Source: Felis catus (Eukaryota). Taken from it: a DNA stretch of 64,000 bases. The stretch is from NCBI RefSeq assembly GCF_018350175.1, contig NC_058368.1:50655815-50719814 (forward strand), written 5' to 3'. The translations under genes were made by a program, and so were the position numbers. The notes under the pieces were generated by a model. The model was not told where the DNA came from. It did no database searches and was given only the letters and a program-made list of their open reading frames with translations. Shown here piece by piece: positions 50,325 to 62,676 of this stretch (positions within the stretch are counted from its first letter, which is position 1; the number at the start of each line of letters is the position of its first letter).

Positions 50325-51560
50325 ATACAGAAAAATCAACTCACAATGGATTAAAGACAAACATTAGACATGAGATGGTAAAACTCCTAGAAGAAAACAT
50401 AAGGGGGAAAACTCCTTGACATCGATCTTGGCAATAATTTTTCAAATTTGACACCAAAAGCACAGGCAACAAAGCAAAAATAAGCAAGTGGGACTGTATT
50501 GACTAAGAAGTTTTCGCACAGCTAAGGAAACAATGAACAATATGAAAAGGCAATTTGTGGAATGCCAAAAATGGAAACCATATATCTAATAAGAGTTAAT
50601 ACCTAGAACATATAAAGAAGTCATACATCTCAACAGAAAAAAAATAACTCAAATAAAAGATGGACCAAAAACCTGAATAGACATTTTTCCAAAGATGTGC
50701 AAATGACCAATCCATATATGAAAAGAAGCTCATCATCACTAATCATCAGAGAAATGCAAATCAAAACCACAATGAGATATCACATCACACCTGTTAGAGT
50801 GGCTATTACCAAAAAGTGAAAAGATAACCAGTGCTGGTGAGGATGTAGAGGAAAAGGGAATCTTGTGCACTGTTGGTAGGAATATAAATTGGTGCAGTCA
50901 CTATGGAAAACAGTATGAAGATTCCTCAAAAAAATTAAAAATGGAACTACCATATGATCCAGCAATCCCACTTCTTGGTACATATCCAAAAGAAACTAAA
51001 TCATTATCTGGAAAAAATATCTGTACTCCCAAGTTTATTACAACATTATTCACAGTAGCCAAGACATGGAAACAACCTATCTATTGACAGATAAATGGAT
51101 CAAGACAATTATATATATACATATTTATATACAATATTATTCAGCTCTGAGAACGAAGGAAATCCTGCCATTTGCCACAACTGGGATGAAACTTGGAGAC
51201 ATTATCCTAAGTGAAATAAACCAGAAACAGAATGACAAATATTGCATGTATATTTGTATGTGGAATATAAGAGAAAAAGTTGAACTCATAGTAACAAAGA
51301 GTTGAATCGTATGAGGAAAATGGGGAGATATTGATCACTTTCAGTTATAAGATGAGTAAGTTCTGGAGACCTAATGTCCAGCATGGTGACTATAGTTAAA
51401 AATAATTTACTGTAGACTTGAAATTTGCTAAGATCTCAAGTGTTCTCAACACGAAAAAGTCACTACGGGAGGTGATGGATATGTTAATTAGTTTGATTGT
51501 GGCAATCATTTCCAATGTATACATATTTCAAAATATCACATTATACACTTTATTTTCATC
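50325..51560 (+). mobile_element. L1MA-type 3' fragment (ORF2 C-terminus and 3'UTR)
   Basis: [21 protein letters not shown]; ttcagttataagatgagtaagttctggagacctaatgtccagcatggtgactatagtt. Confidence 0.9.
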
Positions 51561-51619
51561 AAAAAGCATTTTTATTCATCAAAACATTTTTTAAATAAAT
51601 ACAAAATTAAAAACAGACT

Positions 51620-51740
51620 TTAAATTTCAAATGTCAGATCCATAAATTCTTAGCAAACGTTGGGCAACGTAATCAAATTTTGTGTCTCTATTTTCTCATC
51701 TGAAAATGACGATAATATCTACCTCATAGGAATCTCATAA
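51620..51740 (+). mobile_element. MIR fragment
   Basis: ttgggcaacgtaatc..ttttctcatctgaaaatgacgataatatctacctcatagg. Confidence 0.7.
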
Positions 51741-51741
51741 G

Positions 51742-52260
51742 TGTAGTAGGAAGTTTCCAAAAGGACTCTTGGTATTCACACCCTTGTATAATCCTTTCCC
51801 TTTGAGTGTGGTTAGACCAAGCAATTTACTTCTACCAGAATATAGCAAATGTAATGGGATATTGCTTCATATATTAAAGTACAGGACTGTGAGTTCCACT
51901 TTGCTTATTCTCTCATTCTCTTACTTGCTCTGAGGGAAGCCAGCTACCATGTTGTTGGCCATCTTGTGGAGAGGCCCATGTGACAAGGACCTGAGGGAAG
52001 CCTCCATCCAACAGCCAGTGAACAGTTGAGACTTTCAGTCTAATGACTCATGAGAGACCAGGTCCAACCACATGAGTGTGTTTGGAGATTTGCGACTGCA
52101 GCCCCATCTGACACCTTGATTGCCTCCTTCTGAAAGACCATGAGCCACATGGCCCAGTTAAACCAGACCCAGATACATGATCCACAAAAACTGTGGAATA
52201 ATAAATGTTTTGAGCCATTAATTTTAGGGTAATTTGTCACACTGCAATAAATATCTGACA
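51742..52260 (+). mobile_element. MaLR solo LTR (MLT1F-like)
   Basis: ggtattcacacccttgtataatcc..ttgagtgtgg; ggagaggcccatgtgacaagga; aataaatgttttgagccatt. Confidence 0.85.
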
Positions 52261-52348
52261 TAACAAAGTAATTTGTAGAGTTGCTGACATATAGTTCTGG
52301 AGCTTAGAAGAAACCAATGAAGTTAGAAAGCATCAAGAAATAGATACT

Positions 52349-52530
52349 GGGGCACCTGGGTGGCTCAGTTGATTGAGTGCCTGACACTTGATTTCTGCCC
52401 AGGTCATGATCTCAGGGTTGCTAAGTTTGAGGCCCATGTTGGGCTCCATGCTAGCAATGCAGAACCTGCTTGGGATTCTCCCTCTGCCCCTCCCCCACTT
52501 GCACTCTCTCTCAAAATAAATAAATAAAAA
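52349..52530 (+). mobile_element. Can-SINE
   Basis: SINE body; aaatagat on both flanks. Confidence 0.93.
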
Positions 52531-52644
52531 CTTTAAGAAAATAGATTCTGCCTTTAATTTGGATACTTTTACATGATGATTGAGTAGAAAAGGGGGTAAC
52601 ACAAATTTTTGGAGATAATCAATATTTAAGAAAAATAAGATCCA

Positions 52645-52865
52645 GGGGCACCTAAGTGGCTCAGTCGGTTGAGTGTCCGACTTCGGCTCAGGTCATGATC
52701 TCACCGTTCGTGAGTTCGAGCCCCATATCAGGCTCTGTGCTGACAGCTCAGAGCCTGGAGCCTGCATTTGGTTCTGTGTCTCCCTCTCTCTCTGCCCGTC
52801 ACCCAGTCACTGCTCTCTCTCTGTCTCTGTCTCTCTCAAAGATGAATAAACATTTAAAAAAATGT
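52645..52865 (+). mobile_element. Can-SINE
   Basis: SINE body; 19-bp TSD tttaagaaaaataagatcc. Confidence 0.96.
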
Positions 52866-53124
52866 TTTAAGAAAAATAAGATCCGTCAGAGGAAAAGAAA
52901 TCTATGGTGGAGGCCAAAAGGAACATAAAGTTGAGGTTAGAATTAGGAAACAGTGTATCATGGATGCCAAGTGAGGAGAGAATATCAAAATGGAAGTTAA
53001 TACCAAAGTTAATTAACATTGGGGCAAAAGGACGAGGAGTAATATTTGTTAAAACTCATCATGAGATGGGCACTTACAGGTGTTTGGCAAGTGCTAACTT
53101 ATTTTGGTCCTTAAAATGTTAGAA

Positions 53125-53245
53125 CACAATTATTTTCATTTTACAGATAAGAAAGATGCTCAAAGGGGGGAAATACTTTGCCCCAAAGTCACATAGCTAG
53201 CATGCTGAAGCATCAGGATTCAAATCCAGATCTATCTAGCTCTGA
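53125..53245 (-). mobile_element. MIR
   Basis: cattttacagataagaaagatgctcaaag..aaagtcacatagctag..ggattcaaatccagatct. Confidence 0.8.
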
Positions 53246-54899
53246 TCCCTTCCTTTTTCCCCCTAAGATATGATGACTCTGGGATTTGCACAAGATAACT
53301 TATAAAGCTCTCTTATATAACAAACCTACTTAGACTGATAGAAAATCTCTGTGAGATATTTAGGCAGTTCTTCATCCATTGGATTGTGCTCAGGCACATT
53401 TTATGTTCCTGAAGGAACCACGTTCTCTCAGAACCTTGCACATACTGGGAAGGCTGCTCTTCCCTCCTGCCTTTGACCCCCAGATATCCTTTAAGCATTA
53501 CCTCCCCCAACAGGATTAACCTCCTATCAGGTGGATGGTGACTGGGAGCTCAGATACATACTTCCATTATGAGCACTTCCTATGATCTGTTTCATTTGTT
53601 GGTTTGTTTCTATTTCTTCCATCATAGGTTGCGTCTACACTTTCTGTCATAATTTCTATATCCCTGACTTACAACAGACAATAGATGTTTATCAGACATA
53701 GACTGAATGGATAAATGAATGGAAGGACACTGGTTAAATCCTAAAGGCTGAGTCAAATGAGAAAGGGAAAGGAATGACAAGCAGAAGCAAGAGCATGTAT
53801 GAAAGTCTGAGAGCATAAAAGAACATGGGATATACAGAAGAAAAAATATTTCTGTATGGAAACTTAATGCTTACTTCATGACACATATACAAAATTCAGA
53901 ACCATATGGTTATGGGATTTGCTAGGAAGTGGCAGACATAGAGGTGGGAAAGCTAAAGATTATAACAGACACTGTTGGATGCCATCTATTAGCCATTCCT
54001 CCCCTCCTCCTTCTAATGGAACTGAGTTCAGAAGTTCACCTGCTTTTAATCATGTGCTTCAGGAACTGCTTATCCCCAGGCTTACCAAGGAAGGGGGTAG
54101 ACAATCCATATGGGTACATCCCCCTAGCCCAGGCTGATATGAGATAGGCCGATGTAATGCAACATACCCAGCCATGTTCTTATGACCAGCAGAAACTTCA
54201 TTTATTTGTATTGATTAGTAACGGCCCACTAATCAGAGTAATCTCAGGCTATCATTATTGCCACATGGTAAAGATTATCATTTATCGAAGATGCTCTGTG
54301 CCAAATACTATATATAACAATTGCTTATATAGCTCAAGTACGAAAGAGCCCTGTGAGCAGTGTCTTTGCTGTGGTAAGGAATCAGGACTAACTTAATACC
54401 TAGACAACGTAACTTCAATTTTTATTAGCTAACCTGTTTTGTTCAATGGAATCAAGCACTCTTTGACCTCCGTGAGAAGAGAAGGAAAAGATCTATTACA
54501 TATAGCGGATTAAAATGAGACAGGGGGTGTATGAAACAACCACCTTCCCCATCTCAACCCTGGTCATGAGGGAGAAGATTCCTTTATGACCACTCTTCTC
54601 TAGGTGGATGTGGTATTGATTTTAAGGAAACTACCACAGCAGGAGGCTTGACTGTTGTGGGACTTCCACGTCCATCACATGTTAATGCTTATGGATACAC
54701 CATCAGGGTGGGAGGGAGTCTCAGCGCAGGATCTCAACATGGAAGACCCTCTTTCTGACCAGGCCTGGGAGCCCTTTCCTTTCAGGCCCTTCCACAGCAA
54801 GGCTAGGAGCTCACCAGTCCCTCTCCCTGAAAGTTATTTCACCCGAAACAAGGGGTTCATCATATATTGACTTGGCTACTATGTAAGCACCAAGACCTG

Positions 54900-55260
54900 C
54901 CTGCACTTTACAACCCAGCCAAGATTGTTCTCACTTCAGTCCGTTGTCCTCCATTCTCTCTGGAAGGCTCTCTTCTCCAACAAAGTCACATGACTCATTT
55001 CTTCATTTCTTTTAATTTACCTAAATTTTATGCTCTCAAGTAACCTGATGTCGCTACATATATACTTTAGTGGTCCTGTCAGTCTATCACCTTAGCTGAA
55101 TGTGTTGCTATTTGACATGATATTTTTATTTTGGACTGCCCCGACTAGAATATCAATTTCCTAAGGGCCAGACTTTGTCATTTTGTTCCTTATTTCCTTG
55201 ATGCCCAAAACAGTGCTTGGCACAAAGTTGGCATAATAAATATTCTCGCCTAAACAAATA
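54900..55260 (+). mobile_element. L2 3' end
   Basis: actagaatatcaatttcctaagggccagactttgtc..aacagtgcttggcaca. Confidence 0.75.
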
Positions 55261-55603
55261 AATCTTATTTATTGTATAGGCAGTATTTATTAAATGAAAA
55301 AAATCCTATTTTTAACAGATCAGTATATTTTTAAACAACTGGATCTTGAATATTAGTATTGTTTGCATGTTCCTTCTCAAGTGTATCTATGCTCAGGGAA
55401 GGAAGCATGTTCTTAAATACATTAGGCCTACTGTGGAAATCAGGAACTTGAGATTCACCATCTTTTTTAAGACCCATCTAGTACCACCCTCAGTCCCCCA
55501 CATGCTACACTGCCTTTGGCACTTCCAAGATTTAAAGAGTGGAAAAGAGAGCTATGGTACAGAAAACACTTTATTTAATTGGAGCATTGACCTGTCATTG
55601 ATA

Positions 55604-55631
55604 AAGGCATACCTTGGAGATATTGCAGGTT
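55604..55631 (-). mobile_element. Isolated duplicate of a Tigger1 terminus (28 bp)
   Basis: TA followed by aaggcataccttggagatattgcaggtt, matching 56329-56356. Confidence 0.85.
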
Positions 55632-56321
55632 TACTGTCAGTCACTGGCATTCCTTGGCTAATCTGTGCCTTCATCTTCATATGGCATTCTCCCTATGTGT
55701 GTCTGGGTCCAAATCCCCCCTTTTATAAGGACATCAGTAATATTAACTTAGGGGCCCACCCTACTTCATATGACCTCATCTTAACTAGTCACTTCTGGAA
55801 CAACCCCATTTTCAAGTTCACATTCTTTTTTTTTTTTTTTTAATGTTTATTTATTTTTGAGAGAGAAACAGAGTGCAAGCTGGGAAGAGAAAGAGAGAGA
55901 GGGAGACTTCATATGACCTCATCTTAACTAGTCACTTCTGGAACAACTCCATTTTCAAGTTCACATTCTTTTTTTTTTTTTAATGTTTATTTATTTTTGA
56001 GAGAGAAACAGAGTACAAGCTGGGAAGAGAAAGAGAGAGAGGGAGACACAGAATCCAAAGCAGTCTTCAGGCTCTGAGCTGTTAGCACAGAGCCTGACAC
56101 GGGGTTCAAACTCATGAACTGTAAGATTATGACCTGAGCTGAAGTCAGATGCCCAACCAACTGAGCCAACCGGGCACCCCATCAAATTCACATTCTTGAA
56201 GTACTGGAGATTAAGGCTTGAACACATGGATTTTGGTAGGACACAATTCAACTTATAACAAACATATTTAAACTCCTTTATATTACTTCCAAATTGATTC
56301 TAGAAGGATTATAACAACAGA
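55628..56321 (-). mobile_element. Partial MLT1C-like LTR plus flank, a copy of about 39119-39451, later hit by a SINE and a tandem duplication
   Basis: Shares the LTR end and 61 bp of flank with 39391-39451 (52/61 identical, ungapped). Confidence 0.85.
55968..56180 (-). mobile_element. Can-SINE (tail portion duplicated at 55825-55907)
   Basis: SINE body; ttcacattctt on both flanks. Confidence 0.95.
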
Positions 56322-56328
56322 CAAATGA

Positions 56329-58771
56329 TAGGCATACCTCAGAGATATTGCAGGTTCAGTTCCAGACTACTGCAATAGTGTGAATATTAGAATAAAGCAA
56401 GTGAAATGAATTTTGTGTTTCCCAGTACATATAAAACTTATGTTTCCACTATACTGTAGTCTAGTAAGTGTACAACAACATTATGTCTAAAAACATAAAG
56501 TATATACCTCAATTTAAAAATATTTTATTGCTAAAAAATACTGATCATTATCAGAGCTTTCAGCAAATTGTAATCTTTTTGCTGGTGGAGAACTTGCCTC
56601 ACTGTTGATGGCTGCTGAAGGTTGGGGGGCTGCAGCAATTTCTTTAAAACAACAATGAGGTTTTCTGCATTGATTGACTCTTTCACCAAAAATCTCTCTG
56701 TAGCACAGGATGCTGTTTGATAGCATTTCACCCACAGTAGAACTTTGGAAATTGGATTCAGTCTTCTCAAAATCTGCTGCTGCTTTATTAACCAAGTTTA
56801 TGTACTACCCTAAACCCTTTGTTGTCATTGCAGCAATCTTTAAAGACAGCATCTTCACCAGGAGTAGATTCCATCTCAGCACTTTCTTTGCTTATCCATA
56901 AGAAGCAACTCCTCATCCATTAATGTTTTATCATGAGATTGCAGAAATTCAGCCCCATCTTCAGGCTCCACTTCTAGTTCTAGTTCTCCTACTGTTTCCA
57001 CCACATTTGCATTTACTTCCTTCACTGAAGTCTTGAACCTCTCGAAGTCATCCCTGAGGGTTGGAATCAACTTCTTCCAAACTCCTGCCAATGTTGATAT
57101 CTTGGTCTCTTCCCATGAATCACAAGTGTTCTTAATAGTATCCAGAATGGTAAACCCTTTCCAGAAGGTTTTCAATTTATTTTACCCAGATCCATTAGAG
57201 AAATCACTATCTACAGCAGCTCTACCTTATGAAATGTACTTCTTCAATTGTAGGACTTGAAAGTTGAAATTATTCCTTGATCCATGGCTATGGAGTGGGT
57301 GTTGTATTACTAGACATGAAAACAACATTCATCTCATATATCTCCATCAGATGTCTTGGGTTACCAGGTACCCTGTCAATGAGCAGTAATATTTTGAAAG
57401 GAGTCTTTTTCTTCTGAGCAGTAGGTCTCAATAGTGGGCTTAAAATATTCAGTAAACCATTTTGTAAACAGATGTGCTATCATCCATGTTTTGTTGTTCC
57501 ATTTATAGAGTATAAGCAGCGTATATTGAGCATAATTTTTAAAGGCCTTGGGATTTGTGGAATGGTAAATAAGCACCGACTTCAATTTAAAGTCTCTAGC
57601 TACATTAGCCCCTAACAAGATACGTAGCCTGTCCTTTGAAGCTTTGATGCTAGGCATTGTCTTTTTCTCTCTAGCTAGGAAAGTCATAGATGGCATCTTT
57701 TTCTAATAGAAGACTGTTTTGTCTATGTTGAAAATGTGTTGTTTAGTGTAGCCACCTTCATTAATTCTCAGCCAGATCTTCTGGATAACTTGCTGTGACT
57801 TCCACGTCAGCATTTGCTGCTTCACCCTGCACTTTGATATTATGGACATGGCTTCTTTCCTTAAATCTCATGAGCCAATCTCAGCTAAACTCACTTTCCT
57901 TCTGCAGCTTCCTCACCTCTCTTAGCCTTCATAGAATTGAAGAGAGTTAGGGTCTTGCTCCAGATTAGGCTTTGGCTTAAGGTAAATCCAGACCACTAAA
58001 AATTTCTCTATATCAGCAATAAGGCTGTTTTGCTTTCTTACCATTCTTGTGTTTACTGGAGTAGCACTTTGAATTTCCTTAAAGAACTTTTCCTTTGCAG
58101 TCACAACTTGGCTAACTGCCTCAAGAGGCCTAGCTTTCAGCCTAACTTGGCTTTCTGCATGTCTCCCTCACTAAGCTAACTCATTTCTAACTTTTGATTT
58201 ATAGTGAGAACTCTGCTACTCTTCCTTTCACTGGAACACTTAGAGGCCACTGTAGGGTTATTAATGAGCCTAATTTTAGGACTGTTGTATCTCTGGGAAT
58301 AGGGAGGTTTGGGGAGGAGGGACGAGCATACAGCTGACCAGTGGAGCAGTCAGAACACACATGACATTTATCGATTAAGTTCAACATCTTGTATGGGTGC
58401 TCTGGGTGGTGCCCCAAAACAATTGCCATAATAACATCAGAGATCCTTGATCACAGATCACCATAACAATTATAGTAATTATTAAAAGGTTTGAAATGTC
58501 GTGAGAATTACCAAAATGTGACTCACAGACACGAAGCAAACAGTGTTAGAAAAATGGCATCCATAGACTTGATTGATGCAGAGTTGTCACAAATCTTCAG
58601 TCTGAAAAGAAAAGGAAAGAAAGAAAAGAAAAGAAAAGAAAAGAAAAGAAAAGAAAAGAAAAGAGAAAAGAAAAAAGAAAAGAAAAGAAAAGAAGAGAAG
58701 AGAAAAGAAAAAAGAAAAGAAAAGAAAAGAGAAAAGAAAAGAAAAGAAAAGAAAAGAAAAGAAAAGAAAAG

Positions 58772-58802
<31 letters not shown>

Positions 58803-58823
58803 GAATAAAATGAGGTATGCCTA
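56329..58823 (-). mobile_element. Full-length Tigger1 DNA transposon with a decayed pogo-type transposase
   Basis: TIRs taggcatacctc / gaggtatgccta followed by TA; peptides [52 protein letters not shown]. Confidence 0.96.
58604..58804. repeat. (GAAAA)n pentanucleotide expansion in the Tigger1 subterminal region
   Basis: Read directly from the sequence. Confidence 0.97.
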
Positions 58824-60067
58824 TACTTTGTGGGCTGGGTAGATGTTTAAAACCGTTTCTTAGGAATGGTTATGGTTTCTTCAGACATCACTCTTTCATT
58901 GCTAGGGATCTATTTGCTGCAAAGTCTCCCCTGGACACCTCCTTGTCATTCCCAGCCTCTGGCTTCCTTGGTCCACTCCTCACAGAGTATCATCTAAATT
59001 AGGATCCTATTATCCTTCTAGGCAGCCTTCTTGAACCCTCCTCTTAATCACCTTTGCTCAGCCATCAGAATAAATAGCTACAGTCTCACTTTTAAGCTTT
59101 ATCAAGCTTGGGACAAGTTTTCTTGCTTCAGACTCCAAATGACACAAGTAAAACTGTTTGACCACCCTCCTTGAAGCACTGTCCAAATCCACACCTGGGG
59201 AAAACGTGAAATATATTCTATATTTCTGAAAATTCCTGGTGTCTTGCTTTCTGTAGCCTTTCTGCTCTAAGTTCCATTTGTATTTGCCCTTGAACTGCAC
59301 CTAACTGATTGAAAGAGTCGACTCATACCAAAGCTTTACTAAACCATGTAGACTTTATTCCAGATTTTGTAGGGGTGGAAGAGACAATATTGAAATCACA
59401 CTGCTGACAGTAAATAACTCAGATCACATTGTGCACACAAATGCTTTTTTATCATGCAAAGTATTTCAGGTTCCTCTGACTCCTGCTCCCTAATTTGCCT
59501 ACACAAGATCAAAATTTCCCAGCACAACAAAGGCCATTTCTATAAAAAGGATTCATCCTCAAAAGAAAGCAATCATGTTTATAAATATCAAAGTTTCTTT
59601 CTTGCATAAATGCGTATGTGTGTGTGTGTGTGCATTTGCCTTGACAGAAAGCACTACATGATGGATTTCCTTGCATTTTAATTTGAGTAATGCTGAATGT
59701 GCAAAAAAGTTAAGTTACTCACAAAGTCATTATTACTTTAAATATTTATTATGTGCATGTGTATACGCCCACATACGAAATCGGAAGCAGATGCCTCCCT
59801 CAGCTCCCACTATGTCTCAGATATGACCGTGTTAGCAGTTTGCTGTGTTACCAGGCTTCTTAGGCTAATGTAGACATTTGCATGTATGCATATAAACATG
59901 TGTAGTTTTTATACAAATATAATCATGTGAACCACATTGGTCTGCAGTGTTACATTTTCTCCCTTATTAATATATCATCAACATCTTTCTGGGCAGTAGG
60001 TACACCTGTTTGGTTTTTTTTGTTTTTGTTTTTGTTTTTGTTTTTGTTTTTTTATGGCTCCAGAGTA

Positions 60068-61139
60068 TAGTAAAACCTTGGATTGTAAGTAATTTGTTCT
60101 GCAAGTTTTCGGCAAGAAAAGCAAACATTTCTTGGTTTTTTTAATGTTTATTTATTTATTTTTGAGATAAAGTGAGCACAAGCAGGGGAGGGGCAGAAAG
60201 AAAGGAAGACACAGAATCTGAAGCAGGCTCTAGTCTCTGAGCGGTCAGCAAGAGCCCAATGTGGAGCTCAAACTCAGGGACTGTGAGGTCATGACCTGAG
60301 CTGAAGTCAGACACTTAACCGACTGAGCCACAGAGGTGCCCCCAAGCAAACATTTCTAATAAATTTTAACTTGATAAATGAGCAATGTCTTGCAATATGG
60401 AGTGGTATGTGACACCCAATGTCACATGATCACAGCTGAGCCAATGGTTCTCTCCTCTCTTCTCTTGCTGAGAGATTGTGGGTGATCGTCTCCCATGCTC
60501 AGATGCTCAGTCTCGGGCCATGGTGTTTCACAGAAATCAGCGATTTTTCTGAACATTAGAAGGTGCCCACAACTGGCACCAGTGTATTTTTGTCACTTCA
60601 AAGCACCTATGGACAGCCCTTTACTTTTCCATACAAGAATAAGCTTAGGAATGCTTTGCTTCATTGTATGTCAGGCTACCTACAGATATAGACCCTTTCA
60701 TCTGCTGCCTTATTACCAGTTACATTAAATACAGTATATGACCAGAGTATTAATACTGTACTGTAGTCAATATCCATGTGAGCATATACAATGGCAGAAG
60801 ATTCCATTCAGCCAATAGATAGCAGTGATTCTGTTAGTGATAGTGAAAGTCGTCCTACACAATAACCTCCCTCTCTCGTTTCCCTCACACCAGCCATGAA
60901 GGTTTTCAAAGGAAAGTGCAGGTTCATTTGTTTATTTTTCTTTGTATTTTGTATTTTCTTTATTATTTTGTATTATATTACAGTTTTATAATCCTTTTCA
61001 TATGAACATTTTTGGGTTGTGGAATGAATCATCTGAGTTTCCATTATTTCTTATGAGGAAATTCACTTTGATATGTAAGTGCTTTGGAGCATAAGCATGT
61101 TTCCAGAACGAATTGTGCTTGCAAACCAAGGTTTTACTG
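60068..61139. mobile_element. TcMar/Tigger-like non-autonomous DNA transposon (about 850 bp without the SINE)
   Basis: TIRs tagtaaaaccttggattgtaag / cttgcaaaccaaggttttactg; TA on both sides. Confidence 0.85.
60133..60343 (-). mobile_element. Can-SINE inside the MITE
   Basis: TSD aagcaaacatttct. Confidence 0.96.
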
Positions 61140-62234
61140 TATTTCCTTTCATGAATGCAGCGTAATTTGATTTAGGCTATTCTGGCCATACCTCCTCATT
61201 CTCCACAAAGTTTTCTAGTCCTGAATAGCATTTAATCTATGATGAGCACATCTTTTTCAAAATGTTATGACTATGTTGTCTTTGTTCTTCCACATGAACT
61301 TTAGAATAATTTTTGGAAGGTCAAAGAAAATCAAATGTCCCACTGAGAGTAGCATTATAGAAAATGTAGAAATTAACTGGAGGGTGAATTAGCATGTTAA
61401 AATATTGTCTTTCCATCCAGAAACATGACATGCTTTTGCATTCATTCACGTTCAGGTTGTTTGTTTGATTGATTTTATGTTCCCCAATAAAACTTTGTAG
61501 TTTTTTCTCAAATGTCACACATGAGCAATGATAAGTGGGTGCTAACATGTCGTCCAGAAGTTTGGCAATTGAACCTGGAACCTAATTTCTAGATAAAAAA
61601 ATAAGAAATCTGCCTTGTGTTCCTGCTTCTCAAAAAATTTCAGTTTTTAACATTTTCAAGCTTCAAAGGCATGCTAACTTTTGTCATTGCCAGTTTCATT
61701 CAATAATGTAAATAATCTAAGTTGTAAGAATGAATTACTTTCCTCTTGGAGGCTGTATAAAGGTATTCAAAATATGTTTCCTAATATATATGTATGAGTT
61801 GATTCCATGCACTAACGTCTGCTTGTCAGTGTTAGAAGTCCCAAACATTTCTTTTAAATTGAGTCTTCTTAGTGAAGTATCCATGGGGTGCCAATCAGGG
61901 CAAAGATAAAAATGATAAAAAATAAATAAACAAACCCTGTATTTTCTATTGTTTATAGTAAATGCTTATTTGGAGAAGAAGCTGGCCATTCATCTCCTCA
62001 CTTTGTGGCTGGATTTTTTTCCCCCCTTTGGGCCACTTATCTGGCATCTGGATCACTACTATGGGGTTTTTCTCTTGAAATGATCTTGACTGGAGAGAAA
62101 GAGGGAACTGCAAGCTTAAATTAAGGTTTTCTCTTTCTCTCCCCGCCCCCACCCCAGAAAATCCAGGTAAGTTGGATAATTTTGCCATATAATTAGATGA
62201 AATCATCAAATAACCTAGATAATTATTTCAGATC

Positions 62235-62463
62235 TTTTTTTTTAATTTTTTAAAAAAAATTTTTAACGTTTATTTATTTTTGAGACAGAGAGAGAGCATG
62301 AACAGGGGAGGGGCAGAGAGAGAGGGAGACACAGAATCTGAAACAGGCTCCAGGCTCTGAGCCGTCAGCACAGAGCCCGACGCGGGGCTGGAACTCACAG
62401 ACCGCGAGATCATGACCTGAGCCGAAGTCAGATGCTTAACCGACCAAGCCACCCAGGCGCCCC
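62235..62463 (-). mobile_element. Can-SINE (younger of a tandem pair)
   Basis: Full SINE retaining many CpGs. Confidence 0.96.
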
Positions 62464-62471
62464 AGATCATC

Positions 62472-62676
62472 TTTTTTTTAATGTTTATTTATTTTTGAGA
62501 GAGACAGAGTGCAAGCAGGGGAGGGGCAGAGACAGAGGGAGACACAGAATCCGAAGCAGGCTCCAGGCTCTGAGCTGTCAGCACAGAGTCCAAGGCAGGA
62601 CTGTAACTCACGGACCCAAGATCATGACCTGAGCTGAAGTTGGACACTTAACCGACTGGGTCACCCAGGCGACCCT
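62472..62676 (-). mobile_element. Can-SINE (older of a tandem pair)
   Basis: cagatcatcttt on both flanks. Confidence 0.96.

Noticed and set aside
56514..58104. Tigger transposase as a domesticated TIGD-like gene
   Set aside because: Fragmented across frames with stops, and still bounded by TIRs, so an ordinary fossil
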